A stretch of DNA of 64,000 nt from Vermamoeba vermiformis. Its lineage: Eukaryota. Shown here in pieces: positions 12,978 to 26,300 of the stretch (position 1 is its first letter; each line of letters opens with the position of its first letter). The translations under genes were made by a program, and so were the position numbers. The stretch spans positions 62,001 through 126,000 of the forward strand of contig JBEWZL010000178.1 of the NCBI GenBank assembly GCA_045837725.1, read 5' to 3'. Under the pieces are notes generated by a model. That model was not told the origin of the DNA. It did no database searches and worked only from the letters and a program-made list of their open reading frames with translations.

Positions 12978-14840
12978 ATGTCTAATACCGGCCCCAATCG
13001 TGCCTCGTCGGTAAGAAATGAAAAAGAATCGATCTACTTTCACCTTATTCAACTCTGACTTTCTCGCCACAGTGGCTCGGAGGATTTCTCGGAACGGTTG
13101 CCGAAAAAATCGTACAGAAAGCTGATGAATTAAGCAATAGTCCTGTCGTCAAGGGTATGCCAGATCAATTTTTTCAAATTTTTTTTGCAATTCTTTGACC
13201 ATATTTTAATTCTTCTTATGGATATTTCATCATTAAAATACTAATCAAGAAATAATATTAATTAATTGTGATTTTTAGAGGTCATCAAACAAACTGTCGA
13301 GATCGGATCCAACATTGTGGACATTACTAGCGCTTCAGGTATGCTAAACGCCAATATAATAATATCCTCAATATCCCTATATTTATTTCAGCCGTTATTG
13401 AATTTGCAATAAAACGGATCAACCCAATCTAACGAAAATTCCATCAGCCAAAATCAACAGCGAAATGCAAGTGCTATTAAAAAATCCCGATAGTATAGTC
13501 AAAGATATGCCCTTCTTTCAATTAAGCGAGCTATGTTCTTGGCTCGCTACTCGCGCCTACGACGAATCCACATCCGAACCAACAATTTCATACAGCCCAG
13601 CCGTACAATTAACACCACACTATAAGCAAGTCGTGAATATACTCGACAAGCATATGTTCTGGTTTGTGGCGCACGATGCGAATCGAAATATTGTTTACAT
13701 CGTATTTAGAGGCACCAATGTTGCCGGCGATATTTTTATCGATTTGTATGCAGATCTGGCTGTCGTAAGTCACTAAATAATTCATTATACATATGCTAAT
13801 TTGATATAATAGCACGATATGGCCCCAGATTTCTTGGTTCATAAAGGAATTCAAGTCGCACTTCACAACGAAATTAAAGCGATTGAAGAAGCGATCGAAA
13901 AATATCCCGTCAACGAAAAAACTTATTTTGTAATGACCGGTAAGCTCTGATAATACTACTATATATTTATATTATTACGCTTGGAGTCATTCTCCGATGA
14001 ATTTTTATGGTTTTGGATCTGATCGTTTATTTGTCTATTGTTAGGTCACTCGCTTGGTGGAGGCGGTGCTATTCTATGTCATAATTATATGCGTCTATTC
14101 GGAAAATACAAAAATAATCGCATGATCACCATTACATTCGGTGCGCCTTTGGTCATTGCGCCTAAACTCGGCAGTAAGTCTCATTCATGAAATTACATCT
14201 TCTCGCAAACGATGTAAATAATTACACTAATACTATAATAACGTGCTTTAACCGTTGCAAAGAATAATTGTTCGCGTGGATCGAGATCTTGGTGGATCTA
14301 ACGCCTTATTTTCAGTGTGGTCAGAGACGATGCAGAAGGTCTCTAAAGAGGTTCATTGCTTCGTTCATAACGCAGACGTAGTTCCAAGACTACTAGGCAA
14401 TGAATATATGAAGCTCTCGCCGAAGGTCCTTGAATTTTTGAAGCAAGTTATCTCCGGAGGAAATCCGTCAGAAGCGAGATTGTTATTGCAAAAATTCTTA
14501 GAAAACAGTGATAAGCCTAATTTTATGGATATATTGGGCGGATATAGGCCTTTTGGCGAGTATTATCTGCTCTTCGATAAAGATCAGGTCATTCGCGCTC
14601 AAACGGATCAAGACAAACGAAACATAGTTGCCTTTGCATCACTCGTACGTAACTATATTAATTCACTATACGATTACCATATAAAACTAACGCTACTGTT
14701 TTTAGTGGAATTTCGGTATTGTGACTGAACCGAGAAAAATGCTCGATCATCATGGCATGAATTTGTACGCCGATTTCATTCGTGACGTTGTTAAGAACTT
14801 AAAGGCCTCTAATGCAAATAATAATAGCAACAATAATTAG
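12978..14840 (+). CDS. Class 3 (fungal-type) lipase
   Basis: YIVFRGT, VHKG, MTGHSLGGG nucleophile elbow, ITFGAP, VHNADVVPRL and DHHGMNLY catalytic His; multi-exon. Confidence 0.85.
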
Positions 14841-14996
14841 AACCGTGTAATGTATAAATGAAGCTTTGACCAACTTTGCGTAACACGCAGATCCATTTAC
14901 TTTCGCACTTGCCTGTATTATGTAATATTTCTTCCTATAATAACGTATTTTTTAATTACAATTTAGAGGTTAATTAATAATATAGACACTCTCCGA

Positions 14997-15944
14997 TTAG
15001 TCCAGTTTTTTGAAAGGTAAATAATAGAGCAGATCTATCGACGGACTCTCTGTTGCGCGATTAAGCCAAATTAGCATATTATGACTTCTATATTATCTTA
15101 TTAACACATACCATAGCCCAATGATGTTAAAGCGGCCGTAATTTGTCCTCTGTGATGAGTTCCGTGGTTAAACACGTGATCCAAAACCGGCCCTAACTCA
15201 CTACAAAAGAATTAACATTTGCAACAGTAATATATACGATACTGTATATTGGAATATATATTTGCGAGTTCTAAATTATTGAATATTAGGACATTTTTTG
15301 TTCGTACCGTTGAAGTTGAAATCCATGCGAATCAGTGTAAGTGAATTCAGCTTTTAATTTTTCTTCATTCAAGCCTTTGACGAACTCGAGCCATTTATCA
15401 GCCTATTACATTATTATTAATCAAATTGGTACGACAGAATCTCGATCGAGGTTGATCTGGGAAAGATCGAAGTACTTACGCCAATTAAAATCTCTTTTTT
15501 AATTTCCTCCCAATTGTCAAGTAAAACTTGATCCAATCCAGTCATTTTAATTTGATTTTGAGTCACACGACCGTACCAAAGGCGATCGACAAGTAGAAGA
15601 TCTGATAGGAATAAATAATTACGGTCATATTGGAAATAAAATAAATATTTATATGCCACTTTTAATTTTAGTGCGCTAAATTCAAATAAAAATTGACACT
15701 GGTTTGTAAAAAATTACTAAATATCGTGCATACGATTGAAAGTCCCATGAATGCTCTTGAAAAATAAGCCAATGTCTTTTCTATAATCTTCATCCTTAAT
15801 TTTATCCGTTGCTGCAAAGAGGTGCTCAAAGGCCCACTATGAAAGAAGTTAGATCTCGGCACACACACATCTTGCTTATTGCTTCGTCCGAACTACCTTA
15901 TGATATTCGGCCATACGAATAAAATGACGCACGTATTCGGACAT
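14997..15944 (-). CDS. DinB/YfiT-like protein (bacterial DinB family), intron-containing
   Basis: Spliced: MSEYVRHFIRMAEYHKWAFEHLF..DYRKDIGLFFKSIHGTFNHLLLVDRLWYGRV...HVFNHGTHHRGQITAALTSLGYESPSIDLLYY, with the DinB His triad. Confidence 0.8.
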
Positions 15945-17337
15945 TTTGTTGTTGTTCAATTACCTACATGAATATTCGAATTTGATTTTATTTATTGTGC
16001 GCACGTGAAATCATTCCACAACCACTGTGTAACTGTGCAATTAAATGCAATTGGTAAAATAACAATTAATAAACTAACAAACCTTGTTAGTTGGTCTGAG
16101 GTTCGAGTATCAAAGTAACCACTTGGTGGTGAAGAGGTTGAATTATTACTGGAACGAGCACTTCAAGAGTACGTACGCTAGCATCATATTTAAAAATTAT
16201 TGTTACCATTTCGACAAATAAGTAAATACACCAAATTAATTAATTTTCAAATCTGTCATTGCCGCTTTTCTTTTTTGTTGCACTGCTTCTGCAACTCAAT
16301 TTTTTGTCAAAATATTAATCATTAAGTAATGACACGTATGATTTAATATCTTTATGTAGTCATTTTTAGCTATTGATAGCGGGAATTTTTTTTACACCTC
16401 GGAGTATATCTTGTTCGATTCGGAGCTATTTAACGGCCTATTTATATATGTCACGTTTTGCACTTAGTTAATTAATCAATCAATCGCGATTAGATTAAGA
16501 TTTTGTGCGTTTTAAAAAACACAGGTGTGCATCCAAGCAGATTTGCGGCAGTTTACGCTTTGAAAGCGTCCTTTTGAGCATTACATGCGACAATAGTAGT
16601 CGCAGTAATGAATGAGACAATATTGCCAACCGCTTTTTGTCTACTTTAACGAAAAGTCAAAAAAATTGATATTTTCTAGCGGATCTCTGATTTTTTCTGG
16701 ATTTCTAATGAATTAGATATTCGGAAAACGATTTTCACTGATGGAACAACAGTCTACAAGTAAATGGAGCGTAAAATAATGTATTGAAATGACGATTCGC
16801 TTAATCTCGAGACACACGGATTTTCAGACCGCGATTAAATATGTGAAATCAGCGCCGTTTATGCGTTTGCTGTCGCTATGTATACACCAGTACCCATATA
16901 ATCATCATATTTCCAATTAAAAATTAAAAACGAATTGATTGAAGAGAATTGAAACCGGGGTCGGATCGAATCTGCCTTGTACTTTTCGGTTGCAGCCAAT
17001 CCGTGGCACAAAAATTTGCGAGTTTTCTAGCCGATCAACCAATCAGCGCGTGAGCAATGCCTGATATTTTTTTGAATTTCGTTTTGCTTTAACGTCATTG
17101 GCCCGATCGGAAATTTGCCAAATTAATCAGCAACAAAAAAGCAAGCCGCTCAATTTCATTTTTTTAAACCTACCCTTCATATTGACAAGACTCTAGCCGT
17201 CGTTGATCTTTTTCTTTTCGAAGAGACCTCGCAGTCAAATCTCCTACTTCCCAAGCAGACAGATTTGCCTTCGAGTTAGCGCTTCATATTACGCGAGAAA
17301 CTATAGTAATATTTATATATATTTTTTACTACCTATC

Positions 17338-19179
17338 ATGGCTTCTACCGCACCTCCCGCGTTGCGAACTTTCTCGCTTTTCGATCATCTCCCCGAAGAG
17401 ATGAAAATGGAGTGCTTCTCTCACCTCAAAGAAAAAGACCTGTGCAGATCTGCTGCCGTGTGCCGTCGCTGGAATAATTTGGCCACTGATAATGCCCTCT
17501 GGCCTGAATACTTCAAATCCTTCGATCCTCCCGCTGCCAAGGCCCAACAAGTCCCTAACCCACGTGTGTGCCATAGCGCCGTGGTCTATAACAACAAAAT
17601 GATCATATTTGGCGGTCACAATCCCTTGCCTGGTAAGAGAATAAAGCTTAACCGACTACATCTCCAAATTTACTAAATTGATTATCTCCGCTAGGATCAA
17701 ACTTTATCAGCGACGTTAAGAACGAGATGTTCGAATTCTCTTTGGGTATGTATTATTTAATCGCAAAAATGCTTCCAAATCTTCGTTTCGTGCAAAAACA
17801 GGATTTGCACCGGCCCGCACGGATCAATTTTAATTATTGCTGCTTTTTGATTCTTCGACTCCAAATTTCTGTGTTTAATATTATGATGATATTTAATAGC
17901 AAATTTATCGCGTTATGTGCCCGATCTAACTTTGAATCCGGATTTAGAAACTGGCGAATGGACCAACATTACCAATGACCAAATGCCTGCCCGCACCGAG
18001 CATGCTTCTGTTATGCACCAATCAAAAATGTACATTGTTGGCGGATATTCAAGCCAACAAGGTTACCGCAACGACATTATTACTTATGACTTCGGTACGA
18101 ATCTAAATTCTCCGCAAATGCTGAACTTGCTTATTTACATTTTTGTATATCAGAAACTAAGCAAGTGAACAAGATTGAATGCAAAGGATCAGTTCCTCAA
18201 GGTAGATCCGCTCATACTGCCGTTGTTTACAATAACGACATCTACATCTTCGGTGGATGGAACGGCGGCGCTTCAAACAACGAGTTCTATCGTTATAACA
18301 TTGGTACGTCCTATTCTCCATATTTCCTTATCTAAGCAAACGCATGTATTTCAAATTCAAAATTTCCGCTTGTGGATTTGACTTAAAAAGGTTCAAACGC
18401 TAATCCTCATGCGATTGTAGTTCGCGACGAATGGACCGCAGTTACTGGTACTGGTGAAGCTCCTGCTCCTCGTCGCTCTCACTGCGCTTGCGTCTACGGC
18501 AATGCCATGTACGTTTGGGGTGGATTCAACGGCACTGAGAACTGTGCCTCAACTTTGCACAAATTCGACTTTAGTAAGTATATTAATAGAATATAGTAAT
18601 GAATTGATATTTTAAGCCTTCTTGTCGACGTGGCGTTGAATTTATCGATTTTTTGATAAACCGCCGCGAAATTTCGTACTAATTGCGTTACAAAATTGCG
18701 TTGAATTTAACTCCTGCTACTTGAAAATAACTAATATAGTCATTTACTAATATATTATCGTTAATTAAAGTCACAAAGCGCTGGTCTGTTGAGCCGATCA
18801 AGGGCATCCCGCCTTCAGGTCGATCTCGCGCTCGTGTTGTTCAATACAAGAACAAGATGGCTATCTTCGGAGGGTATGTATATAATCACCATATGAATAC
18901 TTAATATAATACCTGAAATACTAAAGTGTTTGCCGCAATCAAAGCTGGGATCGAGTAAATCACTTCAGTGATTGGCACGAATTCAACTTTGAGCGCCGAG
19001 AATGGAAGAAAAAAGACATTTCTCTGCTCAAAGAAGGTATTGGACAACACTCCGCTGTCATGCATATGAACAAGGTCTACGTCTTTGGAGGCTACTACGC
19101 GCAACAAGCTAAATCTACTAACGCGCTTTGGGCTTACTGCTTGGGTCACTTGGGCAAGGAGCAACAAGAGACTGCTTAA
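17338..19179 (+). CDS. F-box/Kelch-repeat protein
   Basis: LPEEMKMECFSHL..AVCRRW F-box, followed by Kelch repeats (PRVCHSAVVY..IFGG, ARTEHASV..IVGG, RSAHTAV..IFGG, RRSHCAC..VWGG). Confidence 0.9.
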
Positions 19180-19619
19180 TATAGATGCATTTCTATATTT
19201 AGCAATCTATCCTCTTGGAGTTCTGTTCCCATCCAAGCCCGATCCAGATTCCCAACGGTAAATCCAACCGAAAAAATAACTACAAAAACAAAACAAATAT
19301 ATGATTATCTGGTATTCAATATGGTCACCTTTTATATATCGTCGTGTTTATAACTCGATCACGGAGAATACTGGCGATCACATCCAACCAAACCACTCCC
19401 TTGTAATTAGCCGTCTTGTATTTCTAAACCTTGTATGATTTGTGCGTTCTTAGTGTTAATAAATAGAACTATTTAATAATAGCGAAATGTGACTTTCAAT
19501 TCACACACTGGACTCTGATTACTTCGACATCCAATTCCGAACTTGCCATTTTTTCTATTCATTCAGATTTTAATTTGAAATCAATAGCCACAAATCACTA
19601 TAACCTTATTCGATTAACG

Positions 19620-21209
19620 ATGGCTAAATCTGTCGTGTCATCACTCGTATTGCTCGGTAAGTTTTCAACTGTCAAGTTAAATTTAAGTACATCCCGCGTC
19701 ATATTTATTTTTAATAAAATAACCTTATCAATAAATTGATATATTAACCGAATAATTTTATCATTTATATCATGTTAATGTTAGGCCATTCTGCGCGAAA
19801 TTGTTTCAAAAAATCTTCGCGAACCCAATTTGTGTATTAACTAATTATTTCAGGACTTATCTGCGCTACTATTGCTAGCCCGGCCTTGTATTCTATGCAA
19901 ATATCATGCCTCGGGTGGCTCTGCGAAAGTGTCAAGCTTGATCTCGGCACTTTGGATTCCGTATCTGGCTCCTTTGCTCTTTTAACAAACGTCGTTGGTA
20001 AGATTTGCTATAATGATCTATTATATTTATTTATGTTAAATCCCTCTTATAGCCAAGGCTGACTATTACGACGTCTGGAGTTCAGTTCGACTTTCCTCGC
20101 AATCAGCGGATCTGAGCATGTACTACTACGCCATCATTAACTACAAGACTAATGTCCCTACACTATACGCTGTTAATGTCGTCACCAAGAAAGTCACCGT
20201 GGTAAGTTATGCCGTCTATAAATCTTTTAAGTGTCAAAGTGTCATCAAATGTCATTCATTAACGACGCTCCAAATATAGAAAAAACTTCCCACGACTGTC
20301 ATGCGTCAAACTTTGAGCTCGATTACTGGTGGATCTGCCAGCCAATTGTTCGCTGTTTACGGAAACGTTTTTACTGTCATTGACTTGTCTTCCGGATCCA
20401 TCTCGAAGCAATTCAACGTACGTCCCTATAATATACTATTACTCCTCATAGTATTTTAACACTATTGATCAGTTGTGGACCACGAGCACTCAATACAACA
20501 GCACTGGCATCACTACTTTTGACAGCACTTCGAACACCGTGTACGTTGACGCTGTCAACTCCGAATGCGAATACATTTTCTCTGCAAATGTCAAGACTGG
20601 TGCTGTCGTGCAATCACCCTGCAACTCCGTAAGTGAAATTTCATCGTGTCGGGCTATTGTATCGTGCTAAGTAGTGATGTAGTTGACCACACCGTTCTCT
20701 TGGCAATTGGTCTACTTGGCTCCCTATAACGGTGCATTCATCAGCTTGAGTACCGCTCTTATGGGCAACAACCTCGGAAATTTCTACGTCAATGCAACTT
20801 TTGGAAGGTACGCGCAACCCGGGGTCAAACCTCATTTCACATTTACTGATCGTTTGTTCTAGCAACTATTTGGACTTCCAAGACTTCGCGGGCATCAATC
20901 TCGCTCCTTCTGATTGTAAGTAATAATGCGCATTTGCAAGGAGGAAGCGTTTTTGCTGACATTTGAGATCCGGATCTGCATAGCAATTCGTTACCGAATG
21001 AACGTTTATTAATTACGACTGATTTAGTCACCCGATGCAATTTGTTCGATCCTCAAGCAGGCATGTTCTACACAATTGCCTCACCATTCAACGGCAACGG
21101 CGACACCAACAGTTACCTCGCCTCGTTCACTATTCCTGCTGGCAATGTCAACGCTCAGCCAGCGATCAATGGAAATTTCGAGGGCTTCCAACGCATTAGA
21201 ACCAACTAA
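19620..21209 (+). CDS. Secreted beta-rich protein of unknown function
   Basis: Signal peptide MAKSVVSSLVLL/GLICATIA; multi-exon with GT-AG junctions; ends ..FEGFQRIRTN*. Confidence 0.65.
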
Positions 21210-21322
21210 CCTAGTTGTGCCTAGCAATAAATAGTCACTACACTTATGAATTTGACGAATGTCAAAAATTTCAAATAAATCGTTTTTGCCGAAACCTTTT
21301 TCTTCAATTAGAAGCGCACAAT

Positions 21323-22107
21323 ATGACCACCACAGCTCCAGAGTGCAATTACTTATTTAAGGTAACGAGATGCTTCCACGGCTGACTCTAGTTTTGACGT
21401 TCCACTTTATTTAGTATCTCCTTGTAGGCAGCACAGGAGCAGGCAAGACTTCCTTTCTAAATAGATATTTGCACGGTTATTTCACCGAGAATTTCGTCTC
21501 TACCCTTGGCTTAGAAATGAAAGACGTAAGTGCTTGCACCGTTATTTGAAAATGAGCTAAATGTTTCTTTTGACAGAAATTAAAAATAATTCAATCTCCT
21601 GATACATTAAAAACGATTAAATTACAAATATGGGATCCCACTAATCAAGAAAGGTAGGATCCAAGACGAAAAAACTTTCTGCCTTACGTTTGTCGCCTAT
21701 TAATCACATACTATAGATTTAAAACAATAACCTCCTCTTACTATCGTGGCGCTCATGGTATAATGGTGTTATTCGACTGCACGGATCGCGAAAATTCTTT
21801 CAAACAAGTTCCGGCTTTATTTCAAGAGATTGCTCGTTACACGAACGACAACGTTCAAAAAATATTAGTAGCGACTAAAATAGATTTAATCGAGAAGCGA
21901 CAAGTACCGTACGAAGAAGGAAAACAATTAGCGGATCATTTTGGCGTTCCGTACATTGAAACGAGCGCCAAAAATAATACCAATATAAACGAAGCTATAC
22001 TAACGCTTACTCGCGATGTGGAAAGAGTTGTCGAGAAGCAGCTGCCAAAAACAGCACGAACAACACCGACGGCGCCATCAAAATGGACTCGCTGCCTAAT
22101 TTTGTGA
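21323..22107 (+). CDS. Rab1/Rab8-like small GTPase with atypical G3 motif
   Basis: NYLFK/YLLVGSTGAGKTS; IKLQIWDPTNQER/FKTITSSYYRGAHG; ATKID; ETSAK; C-terminal CLIL. Confidence 0.85.
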
Positions 22108-22305
22108 ACAGTGAGTTGGAAATAAACTGTAATATACAGAAAAATAGCTGTTTCAACGTACTAAGCGCCTTTATTTTTTTGTCAGTAAAGCAAATGCTGC
22201 TTCGTCCCGGTAAACACAAAAAAATCGCATCAACTTCGTTATAGTTACCAAAACTTACAAAAGAGGTCGACAAAAACAGATTCTGCTCCAGATCGCAAAA
22301 AGATA

Positions 22306-22386
22306 CGACACCAGCAGGATTTGAACCTGCGCGGGCATGCCCATTTGATTTCAAGTCAAACTCCTTAACCGCTCGGACATGGTGTC
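22306..22386 (-). tRNA. tRNA-Ser(TGA)
   Basis: GACACCATGTCCGAGCGGTTAAGGAG-TTTGA CT TGA AA TCAAA-long variable arm-GCAGGTTCAAATCCTGC-TGGTGTCG; T-run downstream. Confidence 0.95.
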
Positions 22387-22816
22387 TATTGTTGAAGGAC
22401 AGAGCGGGAGGAAGCGGATCAAAAGCGTGTTTTTTGAGCTTGTATGGCTGACTTTGGCAGACAAAAATTAGCAACGGTGCTTACATATCTACTTACAATT
22501 ATTTGAACCTGTTATTGAAATTTGGCTGTAATAGTTGAGAAAAAATTCGACAAATCCAGATTTGCTCGTTTGTGAACCCAAAAAAACAAACAACGACGCT
22601 GCATCTTCACAAAATTGTGAGCTTAAGGCTGTAGTATTTCACACGCACAAAGGTATTGATTTTTCACCGGATGATAGCGCAGACAATCGTCGCGGATCAG
22701 CAACAAGCTCCTGTTAAAGAAAAAAAAGTAAGTTGATTGTTGCGCTCAGGGATAAGCAGGAATACAAACAAAACAGAGCATGAGGAAGGGAGCTCGGGCA
22801 AAAAAAATTAATTGCT

Positions 22817-22901
22817 TGCACCCAGTGGGATTCGAACCCACGCGGAGTTACCCCCATTAGAACTTGAGTCTAACGCCTTAGACCAACTCGGCCATAGGTG
22901 C
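22817..22901 (-). tRNA. tRNA-Leu(CAA)
   Basis: GCACCTATGGCCGAGTTGGTCTAAGGCG-TTAGA CT CAA GT TCTAA-long variable arm-GTGGGTTCGAATCCCAC-TGGGTGCA; poly-T terminator downstream. Confidence 0.95.
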
Positions 22902-22918
22902 TTGATGCTCCGTCGATC

Positions 22919-23078
22919 AAAAAAAACCATGTCCCGACCACTAGACTAAATCCAGCTTCGACCACCGGGAAGGATTTGAACAATTGACTCAGTACTGAGA
23001 AAATGCCTAAAACTTACCAACACCAATGTCTTGGGCATTTAACGCTTGTCCTTCCTGTGGATGCGCAGAGCACCACAT
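22919..23078 (-). ncRNA. Candidate structured Pol III-type RNA upstream of tRNA-Leu
   Basis: Four consecutive hairpins, a B-box GTTCAAATCC, an A-box-like TAGTCTAGTGG, and ACA+3 nt followed by a T-run. Confidence 0.3.
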
Positions 23079-23381
23079 TATGTCAGGTGTACATCTGCAA
23101 TAAATGAGGAAAATATTTCCTATAATAGAATTGGTTGTTATTATTTAGAATTGTGAAGAAATTTGCCTACCTTTCGTTGTCGATCACAAAAAAACGGCTA
23201 GTAAATAAGATCCCGGACACTTTGTTCTTTACATCGTTGGCTGCTACCACAAAGTGCATTTAGTTGCACTAAAATTGCTCGGGTTTGACGAGCGTGGTCG
23301 TACGTCGCGTCACAAATCAAAAAAAGGAAAAATTGACAGATTGAATACCACAACCAACCACACTTGTGATACTCGAGCAAT

Positions 23382-26300
23382 ATGAGTACCGCACAAGTCG
23401 CTCCTCCCACCTCATTTGTATGGGAGTTTAACGACCGCCAAGTTGGAGATTATAGACAGTACTTTCAAACTTTTGATGGTGACAAAGACGGATTCATTCA
23501 AGGTAACAATTAATATAATTTATCAAAGTATATTCTCGTGCCATCCGTGTCACTGCTATTTTAACGAATACATCTGGTCAAAAATACTTAAATAATATTT
23601 CAATTAATTTTAAGGGCTCATTTATCGAGTTTATTAATATCGTGTAATGCATTTAAATGTACCCTAATAATTTTTTATCGATATTAGCCGCAGAAGTAAA
23701 GGACATGTTTTTGAAATCTGGCATCTCTGTAACAGATTTAGCAGTAATTTGGTAAGTTATAACTCTTTTCACTCTGCCATAAGTTTATCGAATAATTATA
23801 ATTGCCTAATTTACTAAGTATATTGATTCTATCCTTTTGCAAACATTAAAAGATTTTCTAACCGATCTAGTTTTGTCAACGTTGGAATTTTCATTGATAC
23901 TAGTATCATTTATTATGCAGGGAATTATCTGATGCGGATAAAGACGGCAAATTAAGCGAAAGCGAATTTATTATTGCTGTATTTTTGATCTGGGCTCGCA
24001 AGCAAGGCGTTGAATTGCCTAAACAATTGCCTGACTCCTTGCTCAAAACTCTGAAAGGTAAAAATACAATAATTTAATTATACACTCATATTAATCGTAA
24101 TATCCGAACTTTCTTCTGGATTCAAAAACCCGAAAATTTTGCCGAGCTCGTTGAAAATTAGATCCTGCTTCAACTCAAACGAATAAAAATTTGACTCTTA
24201 ATTTTTATTATATAGACCCTAAGCCAGAAGGAGGTGCTGCAGATGACAGCGATGACAGCAGCGACGAGGACAGCGAGAGTGCTTCGATGGGTCAAACGAG
24301 CAAACCTCAATTGCAACGAATGGACACTATGACTAATAAGGTAATTGTTACTAAATATAGACAATTTATTAACTAAATAACTAACGATAATAATTTTGTT
24401 AGGTCAATTACGCCATTCCTTCTAGTCAATTAGAAGTCTACAAACAAATTTTTGCTCAAAATAACAAAGACGGATTTATCAACGGTAAGAGTCATATTTG
24501 ATATTATATTAATAGTATATATTCATAATGTATTTGCGCGTAGGTCCTCAAGCCTTTGATATGTTCACGAGATCCGGTCTTGCGAACGACCAACTTGCGC
24601 ATATTTGGGAGCTGTCAGATATGGACCTTGACAGTCAATTAAGTCAACAAGAGTTCTTAGTCGCCATGCACTTGATCACTCTTACTCGCGCCGTACGTAT
24701 TATTCACACCATTCTTATTCCCAATCACAAAAAGTTCACCGCACGCGTTACTTCGCCGCACAAATTTCGCATATTTTTTACTTGTTTGTGACTCGTATTA
24801 ATGTAGTACGTACTATAGGGTAATCCTATTCCCGAGTCCACTCCCGCTGAGTTAGTCGCATCAGCCTCGTCCACTCCTCGTGCCGCGACTAAGGCCGCTG
24901 AAACTAAGCCCGAGACCAAGAGTCCTATGAACACCAACAACACTGGCACTAATCCTAATGCTGGCACCCCGACTAGCACTAACAGCTCTTCGGCTCATAC
25001 TTCTGTTGTGCCTACTAGCGCCGTAAGTACTATTAGCTGAAGATCTCGATCTGATCGAGGTGGATCCGCTCGTTGAACAGGTACTAACGCGTGCTCTATA
25101 TTAGCCCGTTACGCTGCCAGCAATCCCAGTGCCACAATTGCCTCCCACGCCTTTGCAGCCCTTGACGCCCGAATACAGCGCCGCGCAAGATATTCAAAAC
25201 TTGGACAATTTCTTCACGGACATTTTGAACGCGCAAAAGTTTGCTGGATTGATTGAAAATGACACGTCTCTTGCCCGCACTGAACTCGGCAAACAGGTAC
25301 GACAGGTCCCAAAATGCGATTATTAGCCACTGAAATTTCTTTCTGGTGCTCCTTTGGATCTGGATCCAGATCTTCAAACAATACCTCTTTCGTTTCAACT
25401 AATCGTATTATTTATTATAGGCTGCTATTTCTGAGACTTTCGAAGAAAAATTTGCGTTCAGACAACAACGTGTGGCTTTGTTGAACCATCAAAAGCAACA
25501 ATTCCAGACTATCTTGGCTAACTTTGCTGGTCAATTGCGAGGTAAATATTAAATGTACTATATCCTATATTTTTTTAGCATTTAATTGAAGCCGATCCGT
25601 CGCTGAAATGAATTGGAAACGATCGGATTCACTTTTTCTTGTTTTCAAATTTATGCTATTCGGCTTGTGCTATTGTAATATATTATCATCAAGTATTAAT
25701 ATGATAATATAGCCGAGGAAGAAGAGTTGTTGGCTGCCCAACACGATCTGCGCAACTTGTGGCAAGTGATGGAAGTTCAACAACGCGAGTTCAATGACCC
25801 GAATTTCGACTTTAATGTTCTTCGTTCTAAACGCAAGAATTTGGAGCAGCAATACAATGGTCTCAGATCTCAGTACAAATTAGGAAATGTAAGTTAATTT
25901 CATTGCAGATCAAATTTTATTCTTTAGTGAGATAGATTAGTGACACTATTATACCTATATTCATATTATAATATGTCTTCTTTCCTCGATTACTTATCTA
26001 AGCGAGCCAATTATCTAATCGTACGACAGCAGATTCGCTTACAAATTTTTATTATTTTCTTCAAAAATTATTCATCTTGGAATTATATTTAACCAAGAAA
26101 TATTAATAATATGTAAATTTAGGACGAATACATCCAATTGGTCAAAGAAATTGAGATGTTGAAGAATGATCTGGAGAACAGAGACACAGATCAATCTGAA
26201 TTCGAAGCTCAATTCAAAAACATTCAAAACGAGCAACAAAATGTTACATTTACTGCGAATGATGCATTTTTCAATCAAGACCAAGAAGAGGCTCAAAAGG

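Noticed and set aside
15945-17337. 1.4-kb divergent spacer with splice-like signals upstream of DinB
   Set aside because: No coherent ORF could be assembled; most likely promoter or 5' UTR sequence.
22007-22474. 155-aa minus-strand ORF
   Set aside because: It runs through tRNA-Ser and antisense to the Rab 3' end; spurious.
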